Virus record (IMG/VR): IMGVR_UViG_3300020247_000249
DNA: 64,000 nt
Strand: one strand, 5' to 3'
DNA from: an uncultured virus (IMG/VR IMGVR_UViG_3300020247_000249)
Lineage: Duplodnaviria > Heunggongvirae > Uroviricota > Caudoviricetes
Below are positions 56,260 to 64,000 of this stretch, piece by piece (the stretch's first letter is position 1; each line of letters starts with the position of its first letter). Both the position numbers and the translations under genes were made by a program. The notes beneath the pieces were generated by a model. It was not told the origin of the DNA. It saw only the letters and a list, made by a program, of their open reading frames with translations, and made no database searches.

Positions 56260-57637
56260 ATATTTTTGCTGCATCTAGTCCACGGATTGCATCTAACTTA
56301 TTAACGTATTCTTTAAAGCCAGGTAACATATGACTGTTATCACAACTATCCATATGCTTTAATAATCCTTCCCATTGACGCCATCCTTTAGGATTGTGTT
56401 TCCAAAACTCATCGTCTTGTGTAAAGTTATCCCATAACCATTGTTTTAGTTCAGCAAACTTTTCACGTACTTCTTGCTTGTCTTTTTCAGGCAGTATTGT
56501 AATATTTAAGAATGTTGGTATGTGTACTAGATGTGCATTTACAAGACCGCCACCCATAACATGTCCGTCAATTAAACCAACATTCATCTTTTTAAAATTA
56601 CTGTTAACTTTCCATTTAATAAATTCAGGTATAGTTTTTATATTGAATATTTGCACTGCTGTTGCAATACTAACATGAATGTTATCTGGTGTGTTGTCTA
56701 GCATGTGTAAAGTTTTTTCAACTTGATTAAAGTCTGTTGGAAATCTAATATATTCATCACGCTTTTTATATGAATCAATACTTACAGCAAACTTAACTTT
56801 CTTAAACTTACTCCATATATCAATTAGTTCTTCGTCAACTAGTAAACCATTAGAATTATATCTTACTAATATTTTGTCTGCATACCCTTGTTTAATAATT
56901 TCTTCTAGAAAGCGTTTATGCTCTCTAATCATTAATGGCTCTCCTCCTGCGAAATATACTTGCTTCAGGTAAGGTATTTGTGCATTAAGCTCTTGCCAAA
57001 AAGTATCTTTTTCATGCCATTTATTATTAAAAAGTTTTCTATCCCACTGCATTTGTCTTTTAACTTCTGGGTCTTGTAGCACAGGAATAAGTTTTTTATG
57101 GTCCGCAACCCACTTACTACTGTCGTGAGGGCTACACATTACACACTTAATATTGCATGTATGTCCTAATCTTAGATCCAGATATTGTAATTGTTCAGGT
57201 ACGGTTCCGTCTTCTTGTGTTTGTGCAATAAGCTCTGGTATATCAACACCTTCGTCATTTTTCCACGTTGCACTTTCCCATATACGTTTGCTAACAATAC
57301 CTTGTGATTCTTCTTTGAAACAGCCTTTACAACTTGCAGGAATTTCTCCACGTAACATTGTTTTACGCACACTTTTCATGTAATCGTTATTCCATGCTTC
57401 CATAGGAGTGTGTTTACCAAAGTTTGCAGGCTTGCCATCTTCCATCTTTACAAGTCCTACTTCATGATCGTCACCTGCACCACTTGCATTAGATGTACAG
57501 CATAATCTCATATCACCATTTGGTCTAGTTGCCATGTGTATCCAAGGTAACACACAAAATGATTTTGTAGATGCTTCTGCAAGTTCTCTTTGGAACTTAC
57601 CTAGTCTGGTATCTTCTTTGTCGTAGTACCAAGTCAT
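56234..57637 (-). CDS. Radical SAM protein, N-terminal twitch/SPASM-like domain
   Basis: FCVLPW...LCC...CKGC; CNIKCVMC; FAGGEPL; YNSNG. Confidence 0.93.
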   Translation of the reverse strand: MTWYYDKEDTRLGKFQRELAEASTKSFCVLPWIHMATRPNGDMRLCCTSNASGAGDDHEVGLVKMEDGKPANFGKHTPMEAWNNDYMKSVRKTMLRGEIPASCKGCFKEESQGIVSKRIWESATWKNDEGVDIPELIAQTQEDGTVPEQLQYLDLRLGHTCNIKCVMCSPHDSSKWVADHKKLIPVLQDPEVKRQMQWDRKLFNNKWHEKDTFWQELNAQIPYLKQVYFAGGEPLMIREHKRFLEEIIKQGYADKILVRYNSNGLLVDEELIDIWSKFKKVKFAVSIDSYKKRDEYIRFPTDFNQVEKTLHMLDNTPDNIHVSIATAVQIFNIKTIPEFIKWKVNSNFKKMNVGLIDGHVMGGGLVNAHLVHIPTFLNITILPEKDKQEVREKFAELKQWLWDNFTQDDEFWKHNPKGWRQWEGLLKHMDSCDNSHMLPGFKEYVNKLDAIRGLDAAKIFTELDHLL

Positions 57638-58719
57638 TACAGCATTTCTCTTTCTATAAATTGATCTTGTGGTTGAGAGATATCAAAAGTTTTAAACTTA
57701 CCACATGTTCTTGCACACATAAGCATTTTATCTTCGTTCCACTTTTTCTTCCATATGTTTTGCCATACGTCAGAACTTATAATATTTTTTATTCCTTTTG
57801 TTGCATCAAGATTTTGTATACCACCAAAGTCGCTTATCATTTTATTGTATTGGTTACGCAACATGTCTACTACATCTTCACAAATATGTGTAGGATCGTA
57901 AAACGTCATTGGCGTTTGTGCTAACCAACAACAAGGTAATAAAGTTTTAAATCCGTCAATATAAATTTCTTTAATCTTTTGTACATGACAGTCTATCTCT
58001 GCTTCATCTAACACTGACTTATAATCATCAATTACTTCTTTAGGTAAAAAATGTGTTTCAGTATCAGATGGTGCTTCTAAACTGTATATAGGTATTCTAT
58101 TTTTGTCCCACACATCATACTTAGGTTCAACTAAAAATCTTGATGTGTTCTTAACTGTGAAATCTTGAAAGCCTACTTCCTTTGCAATCTTTCTACATTC
58201 TTCTACTTGGTGCTCGTTGTGTTTAAATTTGATATAAGTCCAGTTAGCACGACCACCTGCTTCAATAAATGTTTTTGCATTTTCAATAATCTTATTCCAG
58301 TCAGTGCCAACTCTATATAATTTGTGAGTGTCTTCTAAACCGTCAAGTGCAAAGTACACACAATGATCTTGTGGTAAAGACTGTGCTAGTTCTGTCCACC
58401 ATTTTGCATTTCTTAAACTACCGTTTGTGTGAATTCCTATTGCAGTTTTAGGACTTGTTTCTTTTGCGTACTTACACATTTCAACAAGGTTGTCATTAAG
58501 TAAAGGGTCGCCAAAGTTTCCGCAAAAGTATATACGGTCTACTGTTTCTAATACTTCTTTGTTTATAATAGTTTTGAAATCTTCTAATGTCCAACCAACA
58601 ATTTTTAGTAATGGGTTTTCAATACCACTGTGTATATTACGTGAACACATAGGACACTTGGCTTGGCAATTTGTTGTCAGCTCAATATGTATTGTTTTAA
58701 GATCTGAAAAGTCAAACAT
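57637..58719 (-). CDS. Radical SAM protein with C-terminal SPASM-like domain
   Basis: CQAKCPMC, GNFGDP, HTNG, PCCW, CARTC. Confidence 0.93.
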   Translation of the reverse strand: MFDFSDLKTIHIELTTNCQAKCPMCSRNIHSGIENPLLKIVGWTLEDFKTIINKEVLETVDRIYFCGNFGDPLLNDNLVEMCKYAKETSPKTAIGIHTNGSLRNAKWWTELAQSLPQDHCVYFALDGLEDTHKLYRVGTDWNKIIENAKTFIEAGGRANWTYIKFKHNEHQVEECRKIAKEVGFQDFTVKNTSRFLVEPKYDVWDKNRIPIYSLEAPSDTETHFLPKEVIDDYKSVLDEAEIDCHVQKIKEIYIDGFKTLLPCCWLAQTPMTFYDPTHICEDVVDMLRNQYNKMISDFGGIQNLDATKGIKNIISSDVWQNIWKKKWNEDKMLMCARTCGKFKTFDISQPQDQFIEREML

Positions 58720-59324
58720 TAAAATCTTCCTATAAGCATGTAACGTGTATATTTGGGTAATTCTAATTGATCTTTAACTAGCACAGTGTTTAATTTAGAT
58801 TTCTTTTTAAAACTATCAAGGTCTCTTGAACAATTTAAATGTTCTTCTAGTTCAAAGTAGTTATTAGATTGTAAAATTACTTCTGAACTCTTTGGCACAC
58901 GTTTTGCCCACTTGTTATATTGTTGCTGTGTAAGATGTTCGCAACTTGTATTAATAACCATGTAAGGTTGATTGGTATATTCATACTCACACATGTCAGC
59001 GGTAACTGCTGTGAATCGCCCTTCCATTTCTTGACGTTTATTAATTGTGGTTGCTGTCTCTGCACACTTAGGATCAATATCAACACTTGTGATATGCTTG
59101 AAACCTATTGTGCTGTTAAACAATAAATTTGCTAATACTCCGTTCCATCCTCCGAATATGACACAACTAATATTGGACACATGATGATTTCTTTGTAATG
59201 TTTCGACTAACCATTCTTTAGATTTTAATTGTCCACCCCAAAAACTTTCAAGTGTACGATCTCTATCTTCGCTATTGCGAACTGCATCCATCCAAAATTT
59301 TATATCTTCTATTTCAACTTTCAT
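58719..59324 (-). CDS. Class I SAM-dependent methyltransferase-like protein
   Basis: IFGGWNG, SVDIDP, TADM, INTSCEH, LQSNNY. Confidence 0.8.
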   Translation of the reverse strand: MKVEIEDIKFWMDAVRNSEDRDRTLESFWGGQLKSKEWLVETLQRNHHVSNISCVIFGGWNGVLANLLFNSTIGFKHITSVDIDPKCAETATTINKRQEMEGRFTAVTADMCEYEYTNQPYMVINTSCEHLTQQQYNKWAKRVPKSSEVILQSNNYFELEEHLNCSRDLDSFKKKSKLNTVLVKDQLELPKYTRYMLIGRF

Positions 59325-60303
59325 GTAGTACCTTTGGTATCTTGCTGTCTGCACTGCTTACACAAGAGCTAGTAATGCATTTAGATGGTGTCTTAAACAG
59401 CGTAAAACCGCCCTGTAGCGTTCCTAAAGGGATATCGCTGCAACTATATGCTCTCTTAACTTCATCACCCCTTATAATGCAGCTTTGATACCCTGCATTG
59501 CAATGCCAATTTTTAAACTTGTTGAAGTTAAATGCATTCATTCTTTCTGCTTGATCCAATCCGTAATGGTTTCCTTTGGCATCTTCCAAATACATTTGCA
59601 TGACTTGTTCGCCTTTCCAATTTTGTGGAAAGCCTGTTTGTAACTTATCAATTTGCTCATCTGTATAACCATCAACTATTCTAGACGCGGTAGGGTCGGA
59701 CTGCGGTTTAAGAGTGACGTTAATTCCTTTGTCTGCGAATCTACTACAACGCTCATAGTATTCTTCAAAGTGTTCAGGAACCATAACTTGATTAATTGTA
59801 ACAAATACTCCTCCCTCCATGAGTTGCAAACATCTATCACCAAAGTCTTTTTCGTTTGCAAATTCTGCGTGATAACTTGCAGTGATGCTGCGACGTGTTA
59901 AGTGACTGGTGTTGTCTATAAATCTTGCCCACCATTTCTCACCTGGACTTAAATTAGTTGTAAGGTGTATGCTTTGATACTTAGCCTCATCGTCATTTGC
60001 ATAGTATTCAACTAGGTCACCAAACTTTTTATATGCTGTTGGTTCTCCTCCACTGAAACTAAAATGAAACTCAGTAAATCCGTTTTCTCTCGCTTGTCTT
60101 TTAATTTCATCTATTGCATTTGTATACACTTCAAAGTCTTGATGATCCGGAACATTTGAATTTGCATACGGCCAACAGTAACTACAACTGTAATTACAAA
60201 AGCGACCAAGTATCCAACTAACGTTGAATAGTGGCTGTTTTAGCATTGTAGTTTGTCCGAACTTAACAATGTTGTGGAACGGAATAAGAGTAAAATCATT
60301 CAT
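59314..60303 (-). CDS. Radical SAM protein with C-terminal SPASM-like domain
   Basis: CNYSCSYC, FSGGEPT, TTN, CNAG, CITSSCVSSAD; paralog of 55342-56259. Confidence 0.93.
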   Translation of the reverse strand: MNDFTLIPFHNIVKFGQTTMLKQPLFNVSWILGRFCNYSCSYCWPYANSNVPDHQDFEVYTNAIDEIKRQARENGFTEFHFSFSGGEPTAYKKFGDLVEYYANDDEAKYQSIHLTTNLSPGEKWWARFIDNTSHLTRRSITASYHAEFANEKDFGDRCLQLMEGGVFVTINQVMVPEHFEEYYERCSRFADKGINVTLKPQSDPTASRIVDGYTDEQIDKLQTGFPQNWKGEQVMQMYLEDAKGNHYGLDQAERMNAFNFNKFKNWHCNAGYQSCIIRGDEVKRAYSCSDIPLGTLQGGFTLFKTPSKCITSSCVSSADSKIPKVLHES

Positions 60304-60330
60304 TATGTACGTATTTAACCACTTTAATAG

Positions 60331-60359
60331 TTGACTTTTGCAGTCTAGGCTTATATACT
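60331..60359 (+). promoter_or_regulatory. sigma70-type promoter
   Basis: TTGACT-N17-TATACT. Confidence 0.7.
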
Positions 60360-60407
60360 ATGACTGTTGAGAAGACTCTCGGCACAGATTAAAAGGAAAA
60401 ATAAATT

Positions 60408-60605
60408 ATGAGTACACACGTAGAATCACTAAAATCAGCATTTGAGACGTTTTTGGAAGAAAACGAAAAATTTGAAAACGGCAATGGAGCAGCAGGAACC
60501 AGAGCCCGTAAAGCATTACAAGAAATGACTAAAGCCGCAAAAGAACGTAGAAAAGAAATCACTGATACTAAAAACGCTAGAAAAAACGCAGCAGTATCAC
60601 AGTAA
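60408..60605 (+). CDS. Histone H1-like (Hc1 family) small protein
   Basis: KFENGNGAAGTRARKALQEM...RKE. Confidence 0.7.
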   Translation: MSTHVESLKSAFETFLEENEKFENGNGAAGTRARKALQEMTKAAKERRKEITDTKNARKNAAVSQ

Positions 60606-60616
60606 CCCACCCACTG

Positions 60617-60649
60617 GTAGGGCTACGTGGTGTAGCCCTACAGTATTTT
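60617..60649 (+). terminator. Hairpin, possible terminator
   Basis: GTAGGGCTAC-GTGGT-GTAGCCCTAC followed by AGTATTTT. Confidence 0.5.
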
Positions 60650-60667
60650 ACATAAGGAAATAAACAG

Positions 60668-61339
60668 TTGACAGAAGTAAAACTAGTATCGTATAGTCGA
60701 GCAACAGAAGAATTTGAAAACGAAGGGTTAACAGACCTACAAGAACTAATTGCATTTTGTGCAAAGGTATCAAATCCACAAGCACAAATTAACACAGAAA
60801 CAAGCGAACGCTTAATCAAATATCTAATTAAACATCAACATTGGTCACCTTTAGAAATGGTTAATGCTGTACTAGAAATCAACACAACTAGAGATATTGC
60901 ACATCAAATTGTGCGACATCGTAGTTTTGCTTTCCAAGAGTTTAGTCAACGTTACGCTGATCCTGCAGAGATGGGTAATCAGTTTGTAACACGTGAAGCA
61001 CGTTTACAGGATACAAAGAACAGACAAAACAGTATTGAGATCGATACTGAAAGTGACTTACACTACGAATGGCAAATGAAACAACAAAGTGTCATTGACA
61101 AAGCCAAGGAAGTTTACGAATGGGCAATTGACAACGGTATTGCAAAAGAACAAGCCCGTGTAGTGTTACCAGAAGGTCTAACCAAAACACGCCTATACAT
61201 GAATGGAACAATTAGAAGTTGGGTACATTATATTCAACTTAGAGGTGCAAACGGAACACAAAAAGAGCATATGGACATTGCTATAGCGTGTGCTAAAGTC
61301 ATCTCAGAAATATTTCCTATTGCGAAAAATCTAACATGA
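60668..61339 (+). CDS. thyX: FAD-dependent thymidylate synthase
   Basis: HWSPLE, QIVRHRSFAFQEFSQRY, EQARVVLP, TQKEH. Confidence 0.95.
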   Translation: MTEVKLVSYSRATEEFENEGLTDLQELIAFCAKVSNPQAQINTETSERLIKYLIKHQHWSPLEMVNAVLEINTTRDIAHQIVRHRSFAFQEFSQRYADPAEMGNQFVTREARLQDTKNRQNSIEIDTESDLHYEWQMKQQSVIDKAKEVYEWAIDNGIAKEQARVVLPEGLTKTRLYMNGTIRSWVHYIQLRGANGTQKEHMDIAIACAKVISEIFPIAKNLT

Positions 61340-61364
61340 CAATTTCGTTTAGGGCAGATTTTTC

Positions 61365-61393
61365 TTGACAAATGATATATATCATCATATAGT
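61365..61393 (+). promoter_or_regulatory. sigma70-type promoter
   Basis: TTGACA-N17-TATAGT. Confidence 0.7.
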
Positions 61394-61418
61394 AATATTT
61401 TTATCATAGGAGCATCAG

Positions 61419-62720
61419 ATGGCATTGCCTAAGAGTACCAAGAAGAAAAAGCCAAGAGCAGCACCTCGCATTCAGCGTGGCGCAAAGCTCACGGAACCTA
61501 ATTGGGACGGTTGGGAAGAAATGAATGGCGAGCAAATTCATAGGCATCGTCGAGCAACACACGAATGGTATTACGCAAACTTTAAACCAGAGGACTTGTA
61601 TACTAACGTATATGCCTGGATGGAAAAAGAAGGCAAGTATACTAGCGATCAAATCAAATGGATCAAAGCCGCTCCTAAACATGCTATTAGTGTTACTGCT
61701 GGAATTGTTGCACGTATGGATACAAAAGGTGCTCCAAGGTTTTCACAAAAAGAAGCAGATCATTGGGAATCACTTCCTGGAACAATGGGTCAATTAAAAT
61801 CATCTATGGAGTTTCTTGAAAAAAGAATTGAAATAGCAATCCAAGCAGGCAAAGACGTTAAGCAAGAGAAAGAAGAAAAAGAAAAGAAACAACCAGAGAA
61901 AAGAGTAATTTCTATACAAGAGCGTATTGAGATGCAGGCAATTGCTGCTTGTGAAAAAGTTGATGTATGGCTTGATGGTTGGACTGAAAGTCAGCAAGAT
62001 AAAACAGTAAAATTTGATCCTAAAGGATTTGACTTTGCAAAACATTTTGCTCAAATGAAAATAACACAAGCACACGCTCGTAAAATTATGAATCTGTATG
62101 AGCCTGAACTTAAAGAAATACGAGAAGTACTTAATCCACCCAAGTTAAAGAAAACTGCAACTGAACTTGAAATTGACTATGCAAAACAATTACAAGAAGC
62201 ATATGAGTTCTCGAACAAAAAAGAACTTAAGAACTTACTAACAGCACTAGAAAGAATATATGGTGGTTGTCAGGTTGTTATTGATTCAAGTAAAGCAAAA
62301 CGTAAACCACGTAAACGTAAAGTGTACAGTGCAGACAAACTGGTAGCAAAACTGAAGTACAAAAAATCAGATGACAAATATCAACTTGCTAGTATTAATC
62401 CAGAGGATATTATCAAGTGCAATGAGCTATGGGTGTTTAACTGTAAAACACGTAAGATAGGGAAATACATAGCAGAAATACAAGACCCACAAGGACTACA
62501 GCGTGAGGGCAGTGGACTTAGTGTAAAAGGTACAACTATTACAGGATTTAAAGAATCTGAAAGTATACAGAAGACACTACGTAAACCAGAAGAACAACTA
62601 AAACAGTTCAAAGATAGTGGTAAAGTCAAGTTGAGATCATTCCTAGATGACATTAAAGCAGTGGACATAAAGCTCAACGGTCGGATAAATAATGATATAA
62701 TCTTGCTGAAAGTACAATAA
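61419..62720 (+). CDS. Conserved-looking T4-like phage hypothetical protein
   Basis: AGGAG SD; LWVFNCKTRKIGKY, VKGTTI, KTLRKPEE, NGRIN..ILLK. Confidence 0.78.
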   Translation: MALPKSTKKKKPRAAPRIQRGAKLTEPNWDGWEEMNGEQIHRHRRATHEWYYANFKPEDLYTNVYAWMEKEGKYTSDQIKWIKAAPKHAISVTAGIVARMDTKGAPRFSQKEADHWESLPGTMGQLKSSMEFLEKRIEIAIQAGKDVKQEKEEKEKKQPEKRVISIQERIEMQAIAACEKVDVWLDGWTESQQDKTVKFDPKGFDFAKHFAQMKITQAHARKIMNLYEPELKEIREVLNPPKLKKTATELEIDYAKQLQEAYEFSNKKELKNLLTALERIYGGCQVVIDSSKAKRKPRKRKVYSADKLVAKLKYKKSDDKYQLASINPEDIIKCNELWVFNCKTRKIGKYIAEIQDPQGLQREGSGLSVKGTTITGFKESESIQKTLRKPEEQLKQFKDSGKVKLRSFLDDIKAVDIKLNGRINNDIILLKVQ

Positions 62721-62753
62721 ACCGGCTTTTCTGTATAAAGGATAAATACTAAT

Positions 62754-63569
62754 ATGGACAATACGAGACTTAATCAAGCCCTAACTGAGCTAGAATCAGC
62801 TTTAACATCAGACGGTGGATGGGCATCAAATCAGTCAATTAAATTCACTACCGATATCAACGGTAAAGGTCTTTTCTGGGCGGGTAAAGACTACACTAAA
62901 CAATTATCTTATATGGAAGATACAAAGAGTATCTTTTCAACAGAGAATATTGACCTTGCAAAAAATAAAGCAATTAAAGTAAACAATTTAGAAGTACTAT
63001 CACTAGACACACTAGGAACTAGTGTAGTAAACAGTAATTTAAAATCAGTTGGTAGATTAAGAGGCTTAGTAGTAGACGGCGATATTTCAATCAATCAATA
63101 CATTTACTTTGACTCAGGTACAGATAGATTAGGTATTGGTACTGAACAACCAAATGCTGCTGTAGGTATAGCAGAAGATGGTGTAGAAATTATTATGGGT
63201 ACAGATGAGTCAACAAAAGGATTTGTTGGCACATTTGGTAGTCATCAATTAGACGTAAAAACAGACAATCAAGTTAGAATAACTGTAGAAGCTGGTGGTG
63301 ATGTACGCATTGCTAAAGACGGCTTTGTTGGAGGCAAACTAGCAGTAGGAGTTTCCAACCCAGACAGCACAGTTGACTTGCATGTTAGGGGCGCAATTAA
63401 ATTCAACAATGCACTTCATATCAATGGCGTTGAAGCACCACAAGGTGGTAACTTCAATCAAGGTGATATTTGCTGGAACTCAAGAGCAAGACAGAAGTCA
63501 TACATTGGTTGGGTTTGTATCCAAGCAGGTAACCCTGGCATATGGGCACCGTTTGGAGAAATCAGGTAA
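62754..63569 (+). CDS. Virion structural/fibre-like protein
   Basis: SNLKSVGRL, RLGIGTEQP, GDICWNS...IGWVCIQAGNPGIWAPFG; TAAATA-N5-ATG start. Confidence 0.65.
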   Translation: MDNTRLNQALTELESALTSDGGWASNQSIKFTTDINGKGLFWAGKDYTKQLSYMEDTKSIFSTENIDLAKNKAIKVNNLEVLSLDTLGTSVVNSNLKSVGRLRGLVVDGDISINQYIYFDSGTDRLGIGTEQPNAAVGIAEDGVEIIMGTDESTKGFVGTFGSHQLDVKTDNQVRITVEAGGDVRIAKDGFVGGKLAVGVSNPDSTVDLHVRGAIKFNNALHINGVEAPQGGNFNQGDICWNSRARQKSYIGWVCIQAGNPGIWAPFGEIR

Positions 63570-63575
63570 CACGGA

Positions 63576-64000
63576 GTGTCCGGGACTTTAGTTTTAGGTA
63601 ACGGAGAAAGTCGCAAAGGGCTAGATATCGCCCGCATTTACCCAAATTACGAAATAGTAGGCTGCAACGCAGTACATAGAGATATGGCTGTTGATCATCT
63701 TGTGTGTTGCGATAGGCGCATGGTACTTGAAGCAGTCGATGGAGAGAACACAAAGAACACTAAGATATATGTTCGAGGTGAAAACTATCAATACTTTCGT
63801 AAAATTCGAAAAGATAAAAGAATAAATTCTGTTCCTTACATAACACCTAAAGACGAACAAAAACACAATCAACCAATCAATTGGGGAAGTGGTCCGTATG
63901 CTGTTTTACTTGCAGCAACTCTTGAATCAGATAATATTACACTGCTAGGGTTTGATCTTTACGGCAACAATCATAAAGTTAATAATTTGTATAAAGGTAC
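63576..64000 (+). CDS. Hypothetical protein, sialyltransferase/MptE-like Rossmann motifs (3' truncated)
   Basis: VLGNGESR, GCNA, DHLVCCD, WGSGPYA, LLGFDL; open to the window end. Confidence 0.6.
   Translation, partial: MSGTLVLGNGESRKGLDIARIYPNYEIVGCNAVHRDMAVDHLVCCDRRMVLEAVDGENTKNTKIYVRGENYQYFRKIRKDKRINSVPYITPKDEQKHNQPINWGSGPYAVLLAATLESDNITLLGFDLYGNNHKVNNLYKG

Noticed and set aside
34792..60303. RiPP precursor peptide for the radical SAM/SPASM enzymes
   Set aside because: Intergenic gaps are under about 55 nt and hold promoters; no credible short precursor ORF found in the cluster. One could lie elsewhere.
1..64000. CRISPR array, integrase, transposase, rRNA
   Set aside because: No regularly spaced nucleotide repeats or recognisable motifs seen by eye.

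Overview
AT-rich, gene-dense 64 kb segment of a large T4-like (myovirus/jumbo-type) phage genome, probably marine and probably infecting an alphaproteobacterium (permuted two-piece tmRNA, IbpA-type sHSP with ROSE-like leader, heme oxygenase plus bilin reductase, CsgF/CsgG). 1-33 kb is a host-takeover region: tmRNA, 3 tRNAs, NifU, peroxiredoxin, cell-wall hydrolases, bS21, GuaC, Hsp20, ClpS, ClpP, HO/PcyX-like, a curli-like secretion + FecR + CHASE2 adenylate cyclase module with a divergent Fis-type HTH gene, an HD hydrolase, KdsB, RNAP omega and 2OG-Fe(II) oxygenases. After a tail-fibre-like gene, 34.8-60.3 kb is a continuous ~25.5 kb tailoring-enzyme cluster: 9 radical SAM proteins, about 10 2OG-Fe(II)/cupin oxygenases (one with a halogenase-type HxG motif), amidinotransferase, PLP enzyme, 2 kinase-fold proteins, GNAT, SDRs, epimerase, QueC-like ATPase and methyltransferase. 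Its units alternate in orientation and nearly all start with an SD-less TAAATA-N5-ATG late-promoter signature. Other notable signals are a protein-coding ORF inside the tmRNA intervening segment, a probable -1 frameshift at an A9 run, and a TGT-N10-ACA palindrome beside the HTH gene. All protein calls are by-eye motif recognition; no database searches were run.
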